Positions 9,760-19,400 are shown, counted from the stretch's first letter. The stretch is DNA of 64,000 nt from Fibrobacteria bacterium (GCA_050486505.1 JBJHDK010000003.1:8287-72286); one strand, 5' to 3'. A program made the numbers and translations. The notes: generated from the sequence alone by a model not told the origin.

Positions 9760-10742
9760 TGGGGGCCACCTCCGCAGACGCGGCGTCGTTCGGGTACGTC
9801 GACATCTCGCCCGCCCTGCGCGAGGTGCTCGCGCGCGGCGGCACGCGGGACGCCCCGCTTTCCCTCGCGGGGTCGGCCGGGTCGGGCAGGGCGTACTACC
9901 GCGTGCACGGCACGGGCCTCGTGCTGCTGGTCTCCCCGGACGAGGACGCCGACTTCGGCCGCTTTCTGCGCATCACCCAGTTCTACCGCATGCTGCGCGT
10001 GCCCGTGCCGCGTGTCCACGCCGTGGACGACGCCGCGCGCCAGGTGTTGCTCGAGGACCTGGGAGAACGCCGGCTCTATGACGTCCTCAAGTCCGACCGG
10101 GCCGCGGGCCTCGGGGCCTACCAAAAGGCGCTCGCGATCCTGGCCGACTTGCAGGGGCGCTGCGACCCCTTCCGCGACGAATGTCCCGACATCAAGTCGC
10201 GCGTATTCGACACGTCGCAGTTGCTGTGGGAAACAGGGTATTATCGCGCCCACTATCTTGAAGCTTACCGCGGCTTGCGTCCCGCGCCCGCGATGCAGGA
10301 GGCCTTCGACCGGCTCGCGGCCCGCGTCGATACGCACCCCAAGGTCATCATGCACCGCGACTTCCAGTCGCAAAACCTGATGGTGAAGCCCGATGAATCG
10401 GTGCACGTCATCGATTATCAGGGAAGCCGGCTCGGTTCGATGTTCTACGACGCGGCCTCGCTGTTGCTCGATCCCTACGTGATGCTTGCGGATGATGAAA
10501 TCGAGGGACTTCTGCGCGGCTTTCACGCCGCACGCGGCGGGGGCACGGGGTTTTCGGCGTTCCGCACCGCCTTCCTCGAAGCGGGCCTGCAGCGTGTCAT
10601 GCAGGCGCTCGGCGCGTATTGTTTCCTGTCGCGGGTCAAGGGGCTCGCGGCCTTCGCGGACCACATCCCGGCAGGGGAGGAAAGGCTGCGGTGGCTTGTC
10701 CGGGAAACAGGCGGTGACTGGAAGGCCTTGCTGCCGGATTAA
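9756..10742 (+). CDS. Phosphotransferase (APH/choline-kinase fold), possibly an anomeric sugar kinase
   Basis: Catalytic motif HRDFQSQNLMV and IDYQGS. The ATGATG start overlaps the suhB stop. Confidence 0.7.
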   Translation: MMGATSADAASFGYVDISPALREVLARGGTRDAPLSLAGSAGSGRAYYRVHGTGLVLLVSPDEDADFGRFLRITQFYRMLRVPVPRVHAVDDAARQVLLEDLGERRLYDVLKSDRAAGLGAYQKALAILADLQGRCDPFRDECPDIKSRVFDTSQLLWETGYYRAHYLEAYRGLRPAPAMQEAFDRLAARVDTHPKVIMHRDFQSQNLMVKPDESVHVIDYQGSRLGSMFYDAASLLLDPYVMLADDEIEGLLRGFHAARGGGTGFSAFRTAFLEAGLQRVMQALGAYCFLSRVKGLAAFADHIPAGEERLRWLVRETGGDWKALLPD

Positions 10743-10747
10743 GCCAA

Positions 10748-10900
10748 TGACGAGTTACGAAATACGAATTACGAATTACGAGTTACGAATGACACGAAGG
10801 GCGTTCGAATCTTGGAACCGATGTTCCTGTCCGCCTTATGTCCTGGCGTTTTGATTCGTTCCTTGTTTTCCGTAATTCGTAACTCGTAATTCGTAATTTT
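10748..10900. repeat. MITE-like inverted-repeat element. Arms of 30-45 bp are built from tandem heptamers ACGA(G/A)TT, separated by an AT-rich spacer of about 76 bp
   Basis: Left arm tgacgagttacgaaatacgaattacgaattacgagttacgaatgac. Right arm cgtaattcgtaactcgtaattcgtaatt is its reverse complement. Intergenic, between the kinase and dUTPase genes. Confidence 0.55.
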
Positions 10901-10929
10901 CGCCCCACTCACTTTTCCCCGGATTCCCC

Positions 10930-11388
10930 ATGCCGAACCAAGACAAACTCGACCGCCTTTTTGCACTTCAGTCCGAACTCAATGACCGCATCTTCGCCAA
11001 GAAGGACATCCGCGATGCGGAGGGCAAGGTGCTGACCATGGAAACCCTGATCGCCGAGGCGCGCGCGGGGAGTCCCCTCGGCCCGAACACCAAGGTGAAC
11101 GAATGGCTGGGGAAATACCTGACGGCCCTCGATGACGAGTCGCGCGAGTTGCGCGAAGAGCTGCTGTGGAAGTGGTGGTCGAAGGATCACCTCGACATGC
11201 AGAACATCCGGGTCGAGATCATCGACCAGTTGCATTTCTGGATGTCGATGGCCCTCACCGCCGGGCTCGGGCCCGACGAGGTGTTCGACATCTACATGCA
11301 GAAGAACGCCGTCAATCACGCGCGCCAGGAGAACGACTACGCGCGCGGGAACAAGACCGAGGGCGACAACAAGACGATCCGGACGTGA
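10930..11388 (+). CDS. Dimeric all-alpha dUTP pyrophosphatase (dUTPase_2/MazG-like fold)
   Basis: Pattern LFALQSELNDRI...KWWSKDH...EIIDQLHFWMSMAL resembles dimeric dUTPases. Recognition is from memory, not a search. Confidence 0.55.
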   Translation: MPNQDKLDRLFALQSELNDRIFAKKDIRDAEGKVLTMETLIAEARAGSPLGPNTKVNEWLGKYLTALDDESRELREELLWKWWSKDHLDMQNIRVEIIDQLHFWMSMALTAGLGPDEVFDIYMQKNAVNHARQENDYARGNKTEGDNKTIRT

Positions 11389-11418
11389 CGCTTCGCGTCC
11401 GTCGGCATCAAGGCGCCG

Positions 11419-12456
11419 CTACTCCAGGCAACCCTGTCCGCGCCGGATGTCGTTTACCCGGATTTCCCCGTCCTTGAAGCGGGCACGCATGCGCGTCTCC
11501 GAAGCTCCATCGTGGATGCATGCCGCAGGCAGCGCGACCGGACGGTAGAGGGGGGTCTCGTTGGGAAAGACTTCGTCGTCGGGGCGCACGTATTCGCCCA
11601 GCAGGATTTTGGGAGCGTCATTGACCCCCACCATTTCGACACGGATGAGCATCCCGGGAAGATCAGGGCAGACGTTGCTCACGATTTGCGCGAGACTGTA
11701 TTCATCCTCCACGTGACCGTTGACCTCGAAGGCGAAGGCGGTGCTCGTGAGACTGTCCAGAAGGCATGTGGCCCATGTGGAATCGGCATCGCCCAAGAGG
11801 CCGATGCGTCCTTCTTCCAGCAGGGCGGAGTCTTCCCCGGAGACTTGCACGAAGCGAAGGCCGCGGGGGTGTGCGCGAAAGCGGATTTCCGGCTCCAGGT
11901 GGGCGGCTTCCGGAGGCATCAGACCAAGATCGTACGTTCCGTCGGGAAGGATGGGAGCGAACCTGCTCGTGCCCCGGAGGAAGACGGTGCCCTCGTCGGG
12001 CAGGTATCCCGATTTAAGGCGGACCGATCCATTGAAAGACTCCGGCGCGCGCGCCAGAAAACGGGCCGTGTCGCGCTCAGTCGCCTTGAAGGCACGGACC
12101 GTGTCGAGAATGACCATGATGCCGAGCAGCCTTCCTTCGGCCATGTAAACTCCCGGTTGCCGGACAGTGAAGGACGTAAAGCCATGGGCGTCGGTTCGTG
12201 GGGCGGTGACAGCGGGCGAGGCTCCGGAGTCGGGGCGCGATTGCGCGTGGCGCAGCTCGAGTTCGACTCCCGCCACGGGGACTCCGGAGCTGTCCACCAC
12301 GCGGGCACGCATGTGGACGGGTTGGAGCCCGTTTTCGGTGTCGGTTCCCGTCCCCCCCATGCATGCTGAAAAACCGGACAACACGAGGAGAAACCCGGCA
12401 GCGAGTCGGACCAGTCCCCTGACAGGGAGATGCCGGCGGAGGATACCCCCGCTCAT
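11419..12456 (-). CDS. Lipoprotein, hypothetical (signal peptide plus a LSGFSAC lipobox-like cysteine)
   Basis: N-terminal hydrophobic segment ending in Cys. Overlaps the upstream TIGR02147 gene by 4 nt. Confidence 0.6.
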   Translation of the reverse strand: MSGGILRRHLPVRGLVRLAAGFLLVLSGFSACMGGTGTDTENGLQPVHMRARVVDSSGVPVAGVELELRHAQSRPDSGASPAVTAPRTDAHGFTSFTVRQPGVYMAEGRLLGIMVILDTVRAFKATERDTARFLARAPESFNGSVRLKSGYLPDEGTVFLRGTSRFAPILPDGTYDLGLMPPEAAHLEPEIRFRAHPRGLRFVQVSGEDSALLEEGRIGLLGDADSTWATCLLDSLTSTAFAFEVNGHVEDEYSLAQIVSNVCPDLPGMLIRVEMVGVNDAPKILLGEYVRPDDEVFPNETPLYRPVALPAACIHDGASETRMRARFKDGEIRVNDIRRGQGCLE

Positions 12457-13313
12457 TGCCGTTTCCTCCTTCCGCGTTTGCGCGGGCCTGTCGTCAAGGG
12501 AAAAAGCTGCATGTTCAAGTGGTAGACGCGCTCGGGCGATGGATCCGCCTTGACATGCTCGAGGATTTCACGACGCAGGGCGCGCACTTTTTCCACGATG
12601 ACGGAGTACACCTCCGGCGAAATGCTGACGGTCGTTCCGCTGAAGTAACGCTCATGCTTGCGGAACCGGTCGAGAGCCTCCACGGCGAGCTTCGCCATGG
12701 ACTGATGGAAGCGGGGGAGCAGCAGCGACTCCATGCTAGGGTCGGTTTTGAGCAACGCCGTCGCCGCGCGCAAACCGCCGTCGGCGTCGCGCGTGAGCAG
12801 GTCGAGGGCGTCGAGTAGTTCCACCGCTTTCTTGACACGCTTTGGCTGGATCGGGGGGACGAGCTGCTTCGCAAAATCCGAGGGGTTGTCACGGTAGGGG
12901 AGGAAGGCCAGCATTTCCCGGATCGCGACGTTGTACCAGTCCTGATAGTACTCGTACTGGTGACGCTCCAGGGTCGCGACCGAAGGCGGACACTTGAGTT
13001 CCATGACGAGGGCGAACTGCTTGTCCTTCTCCGCAAGGGTCGCCGCCTGGTTGAAGCGCACGAGAGCCTCGAAAAAAGCCGATTCCGGCGGGGCGAGCTC
13101 GAGTGCCCGCAGAAACTTCGGAATGCTCCCGTCGGTCAGGTCGTTGTGGCCTTCCATGACACGTTTGAGGTAGGTGGGGCCGGACATTCCCGCTTTTTTA
13201 AGGAAGGAGCGGTGCGAAAAGCCGCGTTTGTGGCTTTTTGACCACGCATAGAAATCACGCAGAAAGGCGCGATAATCGGTATACTCAAAAACTGACGGCG
13301 CTGGAGGGTGCAT
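12453..13313 (-). CDS. TIGR02147/DUF4423 family protein (Fibrobacter-type paralogous family, putative HTH regulator), copy 1
   Basis: N-terminus FEYTDYRAFLRDFYAWSK...GFSHRSFLKKAGMSGPTYLKRVMEG matches the family hallmark (YxDYRxFL...FSxRxFxxKAG). Confidence 0.7.
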   Translation of the reverse strand: MHPPAPSVFEYTDYRAFLRDFYAWSKSHKRGFSHRSFLKKAGMSGPTYLKRVMEGHNDLTDGSIPKFLRALELAPPESAFFEALVRFNQAATLAEKDKQFALVMELKCPPSVATLERHQYEYYQDWYNVAIREMLAFLPYRDNPSDFAKQLVPPIQPKRVKKAVELLDALDLLTRDADGGLRAATALLKTDPSMESLLLPRFHQSMAKLAVEALDRFRKHERYFSGTTVSISPEVYSVIVEKVRALRREILEHVKADPSPERVYHLNMQLFPLTTGPRKRGRRKRQ

Positions 13314-13446
13314 GCGGGCCCGATCGGCTGAAAAACAAATTTACGCGGGAACATAGGGTTCTCGTGTAGTCTTAAAATACCCCCATGATCGTCTTCGCGC
13401 CCGCCGAAACACGACTGAATGCGGAAGTGGCTATCTTGCGCGTACC

Positions 13447-14925
13447 ATGCATTTTCGTGCTTTTTTGTTGTTTTTGCTCACCCTTCTTGCGACAGGTGCA
13501 TTTGCCGCTCTCCCGGACGAAGAGGAAGGCGGTTCCGTTGCGCCGCGGGCGGTGGTGATTCCCGTCGAGCGGGAAGTGGATTACGGGCTTTACGCTTTTC
13601 TCAAACGCGCGGTTTCCGAGGCTCTGGAGATGGAGCCGGATTACATCGTCTTCAAGGTCAACACCTGGGGCGGTGAACTGAATTCGGCCTTCGAGATCAC
13701 CGATCTGATCTTGTCGATCCGCCAGTGCAGCACCTACGTCTTCGTTGATCAGAAGGCGATTTCGGCGGGAGCTTTGATTTCACTGGCCTGCAACCGCATG
13801 GCCATGGGCGAGGGCACCACGATCGGGGATTGCGCGCCGATCATGCGTTCTTCCGAGGGGGGGATCGTCGTTCTCGGGGAAAAGATCCAGTCGCCGTTAC
13901 GCGCGAAGTTCAGGAATCTCGCCGAGCGGAACGGCTATCCCAGTTTGCTGAGCGAGTCGATGGTGACGATGGACATCGGGGTGGTGGGGGCCTACTTCGC
14001 CGACACGACGAAGGCCCCGGATTATTTCACCGTCGCGGAGTGGAACGCCCTGTCCGATGAACGGAAAGCGAAGTATGCGAGCCACCGTACGATCGTGCGC
14101 GAGGGAGAGCTTCTCACCCTCACGGACCGGGAGGCGCTGGAGCACGGGTTTTCGCAGGGGTCCTTCGTTGATTTCGAGGCATTCCTCGAGCACAAGGGGT
14201 GGGACGTCGTCAAGACCTTCTCCCCGACATGGTCGGAGAGCATGGTCCGGGTGCTGGGCAAGTTTACGCCCATCCTGATGCTGCTGGGGTTTGGGGCGCT
14301 GTACATGGAATTCAAGTCGCCGGGGTTCGGGCTGTTCGGCACGTTGGGGATCCTCCTGCTCGGGGTGGCCTTCGGGGCAAAGTACGCCGTGGGGCTGGCC
14401 GCGCATACCGAACTCCTCCTGCTCATCGGGGGGTTCGTCCTCTTCGCCATCGAGATTTTCGTCGTACCAGGCACGTTCATCGCCGGTGCGATCGGCATCA
14501 TTCTCATCATTGTCGCGTTGACGTTGTCGATGCAGGGGTTTGTGATTCCGAACCCCGACCTGCCCTGGGAGTTCAACACGCTGGTGGACAACCTTGCCCT
14601 CACTTTCGGCATGGCGGCGCTGGCGCTTTTCCTTCCCCTGCTGGCGATCCGGTACGCGCTTCCGAAGCTTCCGAAACGCGCCGCCGTTGTTGCGGACGTT
14701 ACTTTGGGCGATGCCCGCAGCGCCGCGTTCGACACACCGCCGCTGGCCGTCGGCGCCGTCGGCGAGACGCGCACCGGCTTGCGCCCCGCGGGCAAGGCCG
14801 TGTTCGACGGCACCACATTCGAGGTGGTTTCGCGCGGCGAGTTCGTGGAGCCCGGAAAAACGGTCGAGGTGGTGCGTGTGCACGGACGGAACGTGGTCGT
14901 CCGTGCCCTGGAGAACAAGCCATGA
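13447..14925 (+). CDS. NfeD-family membrane-bound ClpP-class serine protease (long form)
   Basis: Signal peptide, ClpP-like domain, multiple TM helices, and a C-terminal OB-fold (GKAVFDGTTFEVVSRGEFVEPGKTVEVVRV). Confidence 0.85.
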   Translation: MHFRAFLLFLLTLLATGAFAALPDEEEGGSVAPRAVVIPVEREVDYGLYAFLKRAVSEALEMEPDYIVFKVNTWGGELNSAFEITDLILSIRQCSTYVFVDQKAISAGALISLACNRMAMGEGTTIGDCAPIMRSSEGGIVVLGEKIQSPLRAKFRNLAERNGYPSLLSESMVTMDIGVVGAYFADTTKAPDYFTVAEWNALSDERKAKYASHRTIVREGELLTLTDREALEHGFSQGSFVDFEAFLEHKGWDVVKTFSPTWSESMVRVLGKFTPILMLLGFGALYMEFKSPGFGLFGTLGILLLGVAFGAKYAVGLAAHTELLLLIGGFVLFAIEIFVVPGTFIAGAIGIILIIVALTLSMQGFVIPNPDLPWEFNTLVDNLALTFGMAALALFLPLLAIRYALPKLPKRAAVVADVTLGDARSAAFDTPPLAVGAVGETRTGLRPAGKAVFDGTTFEVVSRGEFVEPGKTVEVVRVHGRNVVVRALENKP

Positions 14926-15395
14926 TGAGCTACGCGTGGCCGATCGTGCTGCAACTGCTGGCCTTCGCCGTGGTGTTCGCGGAGGTCCTGATCCCCTCGT
15001 TCGGCCTGTTGGCGCTTATCGCGTTCGCCTTGGGGGCCTGGTCCTGGTACTACATCGTGACGGAACTTCCCCAGGGTGCGATCATCGGGTTCGCCATCGC
15101 CGACATGATCCTGATCCCGGTCGTCATCCGCTACGGTTTCGCTTACCTCGGCAAGTCGCCGGTGTCCCATCAGGCGCGGCTCGAGATCGGCTCCGGACTG
15201 GAAGAAAAAAGCGTCGCCCTGTCGCGCCTTGTGGGATCCACCGGCGTGACGGAGAGTTTCCTTCGCCCTTCGGGCAAGGTCCGGATCGAAGGGGATCTTT
15301 ACGAGGCGCAAACCACGGGAGATTTCGTGGAGAAAGGCGCCGAGGTGCGCGTCGTCGCCGTGCGCGGAAGCGGCTTCATCGTCGAGCGGGCTTGA
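14922..15395 (+). CDS. NfeD short-form membrane protein (two TM helices plus an OB-fold)
   Basis: ATGA overlap with the upstream NfeD gene. C-terminal motif [30 protein letters not shown]. Confidence 0.7.
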   Translation: MMSYAWPIVLQLLAFAVVFAEVLIPSFGLLALIAFALGAWSWYYIVTELPQGAIIGFAIADMILIPVVIRYGFAYLGKSPVSHQARLEIGSGLEEKSVALSRLVGSTGVTESFLRPSGKVRIEGDLYEAQTTGDFVEKGAEVRVVAVRGSGFIVERA

Positions 15396-15423
15396 ACGGA
15401 TTCATTCAAAGGAGAACAAACAC

Positions 15424-16422
15424 ATGGACATCAGTTTCATTCTAGTCATCGTCGCCATCCTCGTCATCGTGGTGATGGCGATCATTCTCTTGAACTTCTT
15501 CAGCCTGTGGTTCCAGGCGCTCATGTCGAAGGCCAATGTCTCGCTGGTCCAACTCATCGGAATGCGCTTCCGGAAAGTGCCGGCCAAGAACGTGGTGGAA
15601 GCCAAGATCATGGGCCTCAAGGCAGGCCTTGAGCTCGGCACGGAGGAACTCGAGGCGCACTACATGGCCGGTGGTCACGTCATGCGCGTCGTGCAGGCCC
15701 TGATCGCCGCCGACAAGGCGAACATTCCCCTGAACTTCAAGCGTGCCGCAGCCATCGACCTGGCGGGCCGCAATGTGCTCGAGGCCGTGCAGATGTCGGT
15801 GAATCCCAAGGTCATCGAGACCCCCGTGGTTGCGGCCATGGCGACCGACGGCATTCAGCTCAAGGCCGTCGCGCGCGTGACCGTGCGGGCGAACCTCGAC
15901 AAGTTGGTCGGCGGTGCGGGTGAAGAGACGATTCTCGCGCGCGTCGGCGAGGGGATCGTGTCGACCATCGGTTCAGCCAAAAACCACAAGTCGGTGCTGG
16001 AGAACCCCGACCAGATTTCGAAGACAGTACTCAGCAAGGGCCTTGATTCCGGGACCGCCTACGACATCCTTTCGATCGACATCGCGGACGTGGACGTCGG
16101 CAAGAACATCGGAGCCGAGCTCGAGACCGATCGCGCCGAGGCCGACAAGAAGATCGCCCAGGCGAAGGCCGAGGAGCGTCGCGCGATGGCCATCGCCCAC
16201 GAGCAGGAGATGATCGCGCGCGTCGCCGAGATGCGCGCCAAGGTCGTCGAGATGGAGGCGCTCGTCCCCCAAGCGATCGCCGATGCCTTCCGCAACGGGA
16301 AGCTCGGGGTCATGGACTACTACAACATGAAGAACGTCATCGCCGACACCACCATGCGCGAGCAGATCGCCGGTGGAGAGGGTGGTTCTTCGGGCAAGGG
16401 CGGCGGCAACCCCAAGTCCTGA
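15424..16422 (+). CDS. floA: Flotillin-like protein FloA (UPF0365/YqfA family)
   Basis: N-terminal TM and an SPFH-like body with a conserved C-terminus ([27 protein letters not shown]). Classic NfeD-FloA synteny. Confidence 0.85.
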   Translation: MDISFILVIVAILVIVVMAIILLNFFSLWFQALMSKANVSLVQLIGMRFRKVPAKNVVEAKIMGLKAGLELGTEELEAHYMAGGHVMRVVQALIAADKANIPLNFKRAAAIDLAGRNVLEAVQMSVNPKVIETPVVAAMATDGIQLKAVARVTVRANLDKLVGGAGEETILARVGEGIVSTIGSAKNHKSVLENPDQISKTVLSKGLDSGTAYDILSIDIADVDVGKNIGAELETDRAEADKKIAQAKAEERRAMAIAHEQEMIARVAEMRAKVVEMEALVPQAIADAFRNGKLGVMDYYNMKNVIADTTMREQIAGGEGGSSGKGGGNPKS

Positions 16423-16457
16423 CCGGACGACGGCAGACGCAAGGCACGGGAACACGC

Positions 16458-17165
16458 ATGCGGTTCGAATACCTCATCCTTCTGATCATTCTCTTCAACA
16501 TCGTCACCGCGATGGCGCAGAAGCGTGCGCGGAAGGCGCGCGAGGAAGATGAGGCCCGTGCTGCCGCCGCGCAGGGCAGGGAACCTTTGCCTCCCGCCGA
16601 CGAGGACGCATTCGATGCCTGGGAGCAGGAGTGGGAGGATCCCGTCGAGGTTCCCGCCTCGTCGCGCGAGACGTCCCGGCGTGGACCCCCTGCCGATCGT
16701 TCGACCCGCTACGAACAGCGCGCTGAGGAACGTCGGCATGCGGTTTCCGACGAGTCGCGCCAGGTTCGCGACCCGGTGCGGAAGGTCGAGGAGATGAGTC
16801 GGCGGGTCGGGGAACCCGGTGAACACGCCTCGAAAGGCGGAGGTTTTCTGGAGAGGATCGCCAGGGATCTCGGCATCGAGATTCCCGGAGCCCGCGACGA
16901 AGAACGCCGGATGCGCCGCGAAGAGTTGCGTCGCCGCCCTCTGCGCGCACCGGAGCTCGGGAAATTCGAGCGCATCAAGGCCGCGCAACCCGTGAAGCCG
17001 GTCGCCGTCGAAACTTCGGAAGCGCGTGCGCGCCCCAAGCCGGTGAGAATCGATCTTTCGAGTCCTCAAAAACTGCGCGAGGCGGTTGTGGTGCGCGAGA
17101 TTCTCGACCCACCGGTGGCCAGGCGAGATCGTCGCCCGGGCCAGGGCCCCCAACTCAGGGGCTGA
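16458..17165 (+). CDS. Hypothetical membrane-anchored, highly charged, low-complexity protein
   Basis: N-terminal TM (LILLIILFNIVTA) followed by an E/R/D-rich region. Last gene of the flotillin operon. Confidence 0.45.
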   Translation: MRFEYLILLIILFNIVTAMAQKRARKAREEDEARAAAAQGREPLPPADEDAFDAWEQEWEDPVEVPASSRETSRRGPPADRSTRYEQRAEERRHAVSDESRQVRDPVRKVEEMSRRVGEPGEHASKGGGFLERIARDLGIEIPGARDEERRMRREELRRRPLRAPELGKFERIKAAQPVKPVAVETSEARARPKPVRIDLSSPQKLREAVVVREILDPPVARRDRRPGQGPQLRG

Positions 17166-18423
17166 CCACGAGGAACACCCCCGTCCTCGCCAATTCTTCT
17201 CCCGCAATCGTGCGCAGGCGAATCTGGCAGGTGGCCGGGAGATTTTGGCCGGGCGGCATCCACATGCGCTTGTTGATGCCGGGGCGCGAAGGATAGCCCG
17301 CGTCGAATATCGTCCAGGTCGCTCCGCCGTTGCGGGTGAATTCCAGAACCAGTGTTTCCTGCGTTCCTGCTTCCCAGGCGATTTCCGTCGGCTGGCCCGC
17401 GCGTAGCGTGTCGCTTTCCGTCGGCACGATGAATGCCGGGAGTTCGATGGCCCCGTGCACGCCGATCGTCACCGTGTCCGAGGATCGGTGCGGTCCCATT
17501 GCCGCGGAGAGCGCGAAGCGGTAAAGGCCCGGCCTTGGAAATTGCACGCGCGTTCCGAGGGAGGTGGGGTTCTCGATGTGGGCCCGTGTGCCTTGGGGGA
17601 TCGGCGGCACCTGCCGCCATAGCAGGGCGAGCCTCGGATCCTGGAGGGATGCGCCCGATACGGTCCCCGCAAGAAAGGTCGGGGAACCGATCCACACCGT
17701 GCGGTCGGGCCCGGCCTGCACGACCGGCGGCACGGGCGGCGCGGGCGGATGCGGCCTGGGCACGGGCGGAGCATCGGGGTCGACCTGGTGGCGTCGCGGT
17801 TGTCCGGGAGTGATGGGCTCGGGCAAGGGCAGTTCGATGCCTTCGGACGTCAGCACGTGCGCCGGAAACTCGCCCTCGGGAATGGCCTCGAACACGAAGG
17901 TGCTGTCCACCATCACGGCCTGGAAGGGTGAACCGGGAACGAAGATCCGGTTGATCCCGGAATCATTGGGGAGATCGAGCTCCGCTTCGTAGCGCACGAG
18001 CCGCGAAACCGTGATGGATGCGGCCGGCTCGCCCGGGATCCCGTCGCGCGCGTAGCGTCCGGCGGCGGGGTCGTAGGAGAGTCGAAGCAACAACCCTCCG
18101 GTGGAGTCGTCGGCGACCAGCAGCACGTTGAAGGGAACGTGGCCGACGATGTCGTGCGCGGAGAGAATGATCCCGGTTCCATCCTCGACCCGCTTGCTGA
18201 CGATGGCCGAAGGGTTCAACGCGGGGTTCTGGTCGGATGCGTAGACGGCGAGGGATCCCGAGACGCGCGCGGCGACGCCCTCCCCATCGACGAAGGTGAT
18301 CTGCAACGGGTTGTCGACCTCGGAACTGCCGCCCGCGAGATGCCCGTCGCTGTTGCATCCCGAAAGTGCGAGCAGGGGAACCACCCACAGCGCCGCGCGC
18401 AGGTGACGTCCGAACGAGGTCAT
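17155..18423 (-). CDS. Lipoprotein, hypothetical (LSGC lipobox), Pro-rich central linker
   Basis: Signal peptide plus LALSGC. The 4-nt overlap with the upstream TIGR02147 gene implies co-transcription. Confidence 0.6.
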   Translation of the reverse strand: MTSFGRHLRAALWVVPLLALSGCNSDGHLAGGSSEVDNPLQITFVDGEGVAARVSGSLAVYASDQNPALNPSAIVSKRVEDGTGIILSAHDIVGHVPFNVLLVADDSTGGLLLRLSYDPAAGRYARDGIPGEPAASITVSRLVRYEAELDLPNDSGINRIFVPGSPFQAVMVDSTFVFEAIPEGEFPAHVLTSEGIELPLPEPITPGQPRRHQVDPDAPPVPRPHPPAPPVPPVVQAGPDRTVWIGSPTFLAGTVSGASLQDPRLALLWRQVPPIPQGTRAHIENPTSLGTRVQFPRPGLYRFALSAAMGPHRSSDTVTIGVHGAIELPAFIVPTESDTLRAGQPTEIAWEAGTQETLVLEFTRNGGATWTIFDAGYPSRPGINKRMWMPPGQNLPATCQIRLRTIAGEELARTGVFLVVSP

Positions 18424-19400
18424 GGAGATTCCGCCTTGCCTTCACCCGCGTCGAGCTCCGGGAGGCGACTGTTGGGAAACAACTGGAGGGTCAGGCTGTA
18501 GATGCGATCCTCCCCGCTGTCGCGGTCGAGGATCTCGCGCAACTCCTCGAGGAAGGAGCGGACGCGTTCCTTCACGGTGGCGAAGCCGCCCGGAGAGACC
18601 GTGAACATGAGCGCATTGTACTGGCGCAGCGCGGGCGGGACCTTGTCAAGAAGCTCTTGCGACATGCGCGTCAGTTCCAGCATGTGTTCGCGCGCGGCCT
18701 TTGCCTGCACGTCCTTCGGGCTGGAAATATGCCTTTCGGTGACCATGTAGCCGTTGGCCGTCCGCTTGATCAGGTCGAGATCGAGAAGAAGGCGGATGGC
18801 TTCGGCGACCTGGGTTTCGCTGACGGACGGGAAAAGCTTCCGGGCAATCGTTTCCGGGTCGCGCACGCCGGTTTCCATGCTGAAAAAGTTGCGTACGGCG
18901 CTGTAATGCCATTTCGAAAAAAACTCGAACTGGGACTCTCCCAGCACCCGGGCGCGTGAAGCCCGGAACTTCGAGAGTTGGTCGAAGAAATGATTCTTTT
19001 CTGCCATGCCCTTGGCTTGGTTGAATTGCACCAGCAGGTCGAAGTATTGCGCCTCCCGTTCCGGCAGGGCGAGTGCCGATGCGAATTTTACCCGCAAGGT
19101 CTGGCTGAGGTTGCGTCGCCCGCGAATGACCGCGGGCAGCAGGCTCGAGCTGGAGGGGGGGAGGCCGGCTTCCCGCGCGAAGGTTCGTTGCGAAAAGCCG
19201 GGGTCGTGGCTCCGTCGCCATGCGCAATGGTCCGCAAGGAATGCCCTGTAATCGAGATATTGCAGGGCCTCGGGGCGCTTGTCCGCGCGCGCGGACGTGT
19301 CGGAAACGGATCGGGGCATACCCCGGAGTATACTCTCAGGCGGGGGGATGCGGCTGTTGTTCCGTGATCCCGGCTGGGGACAAATCGTCCCGGATCGCAT
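18420..19400 (-). CDS. TIGR02147/DUF4423 family protein, copy 2 (start possibly internal, near MPRSVSD)
   Basis: LQYLDYRAFLADHCAWRR...GFSQRTFAREAGL matches the same family hallmark as copy 1. Confidence 0.7.
   Translation of the reverse strand: MRSGTICPQPGSRNNSRIPPPESILRGMPRSVSDTSARADKRPEALQYLDYRAFLADHCAWRRSHDPGFSQRTFAREAGLPPSSSSLLPAVIRGRRNLSQTLRVKFASALALPEREAQYFDLLVQFNQAKGMAEKNHFFDQLSKFRASRARVLGESQFEFFSKWHYSAVRNFFSMETGVRDPETIARKLFPSVSETQVAEAIRLLLDLDLIKRTANGYMVTERHISSPKDVQAKAAREHMLELTRMSQELLDKVPPALRQYNALMFTVSPGGFATVKERVRSFLEELREILDRDSGEDRIYSLTLQLFPNSRLPELDAGEGKAESP

Noticed and set aside
10800-10880. tRNA-like GTTCGAATC motif and an approximately 76-nt length in the spacer of the heptamer-repeat element.
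   Set aside because: No acceptor, D or anticodon stems can be drawn on either strand. The T-loop-like heptamer lacks a flanking complementary stem.
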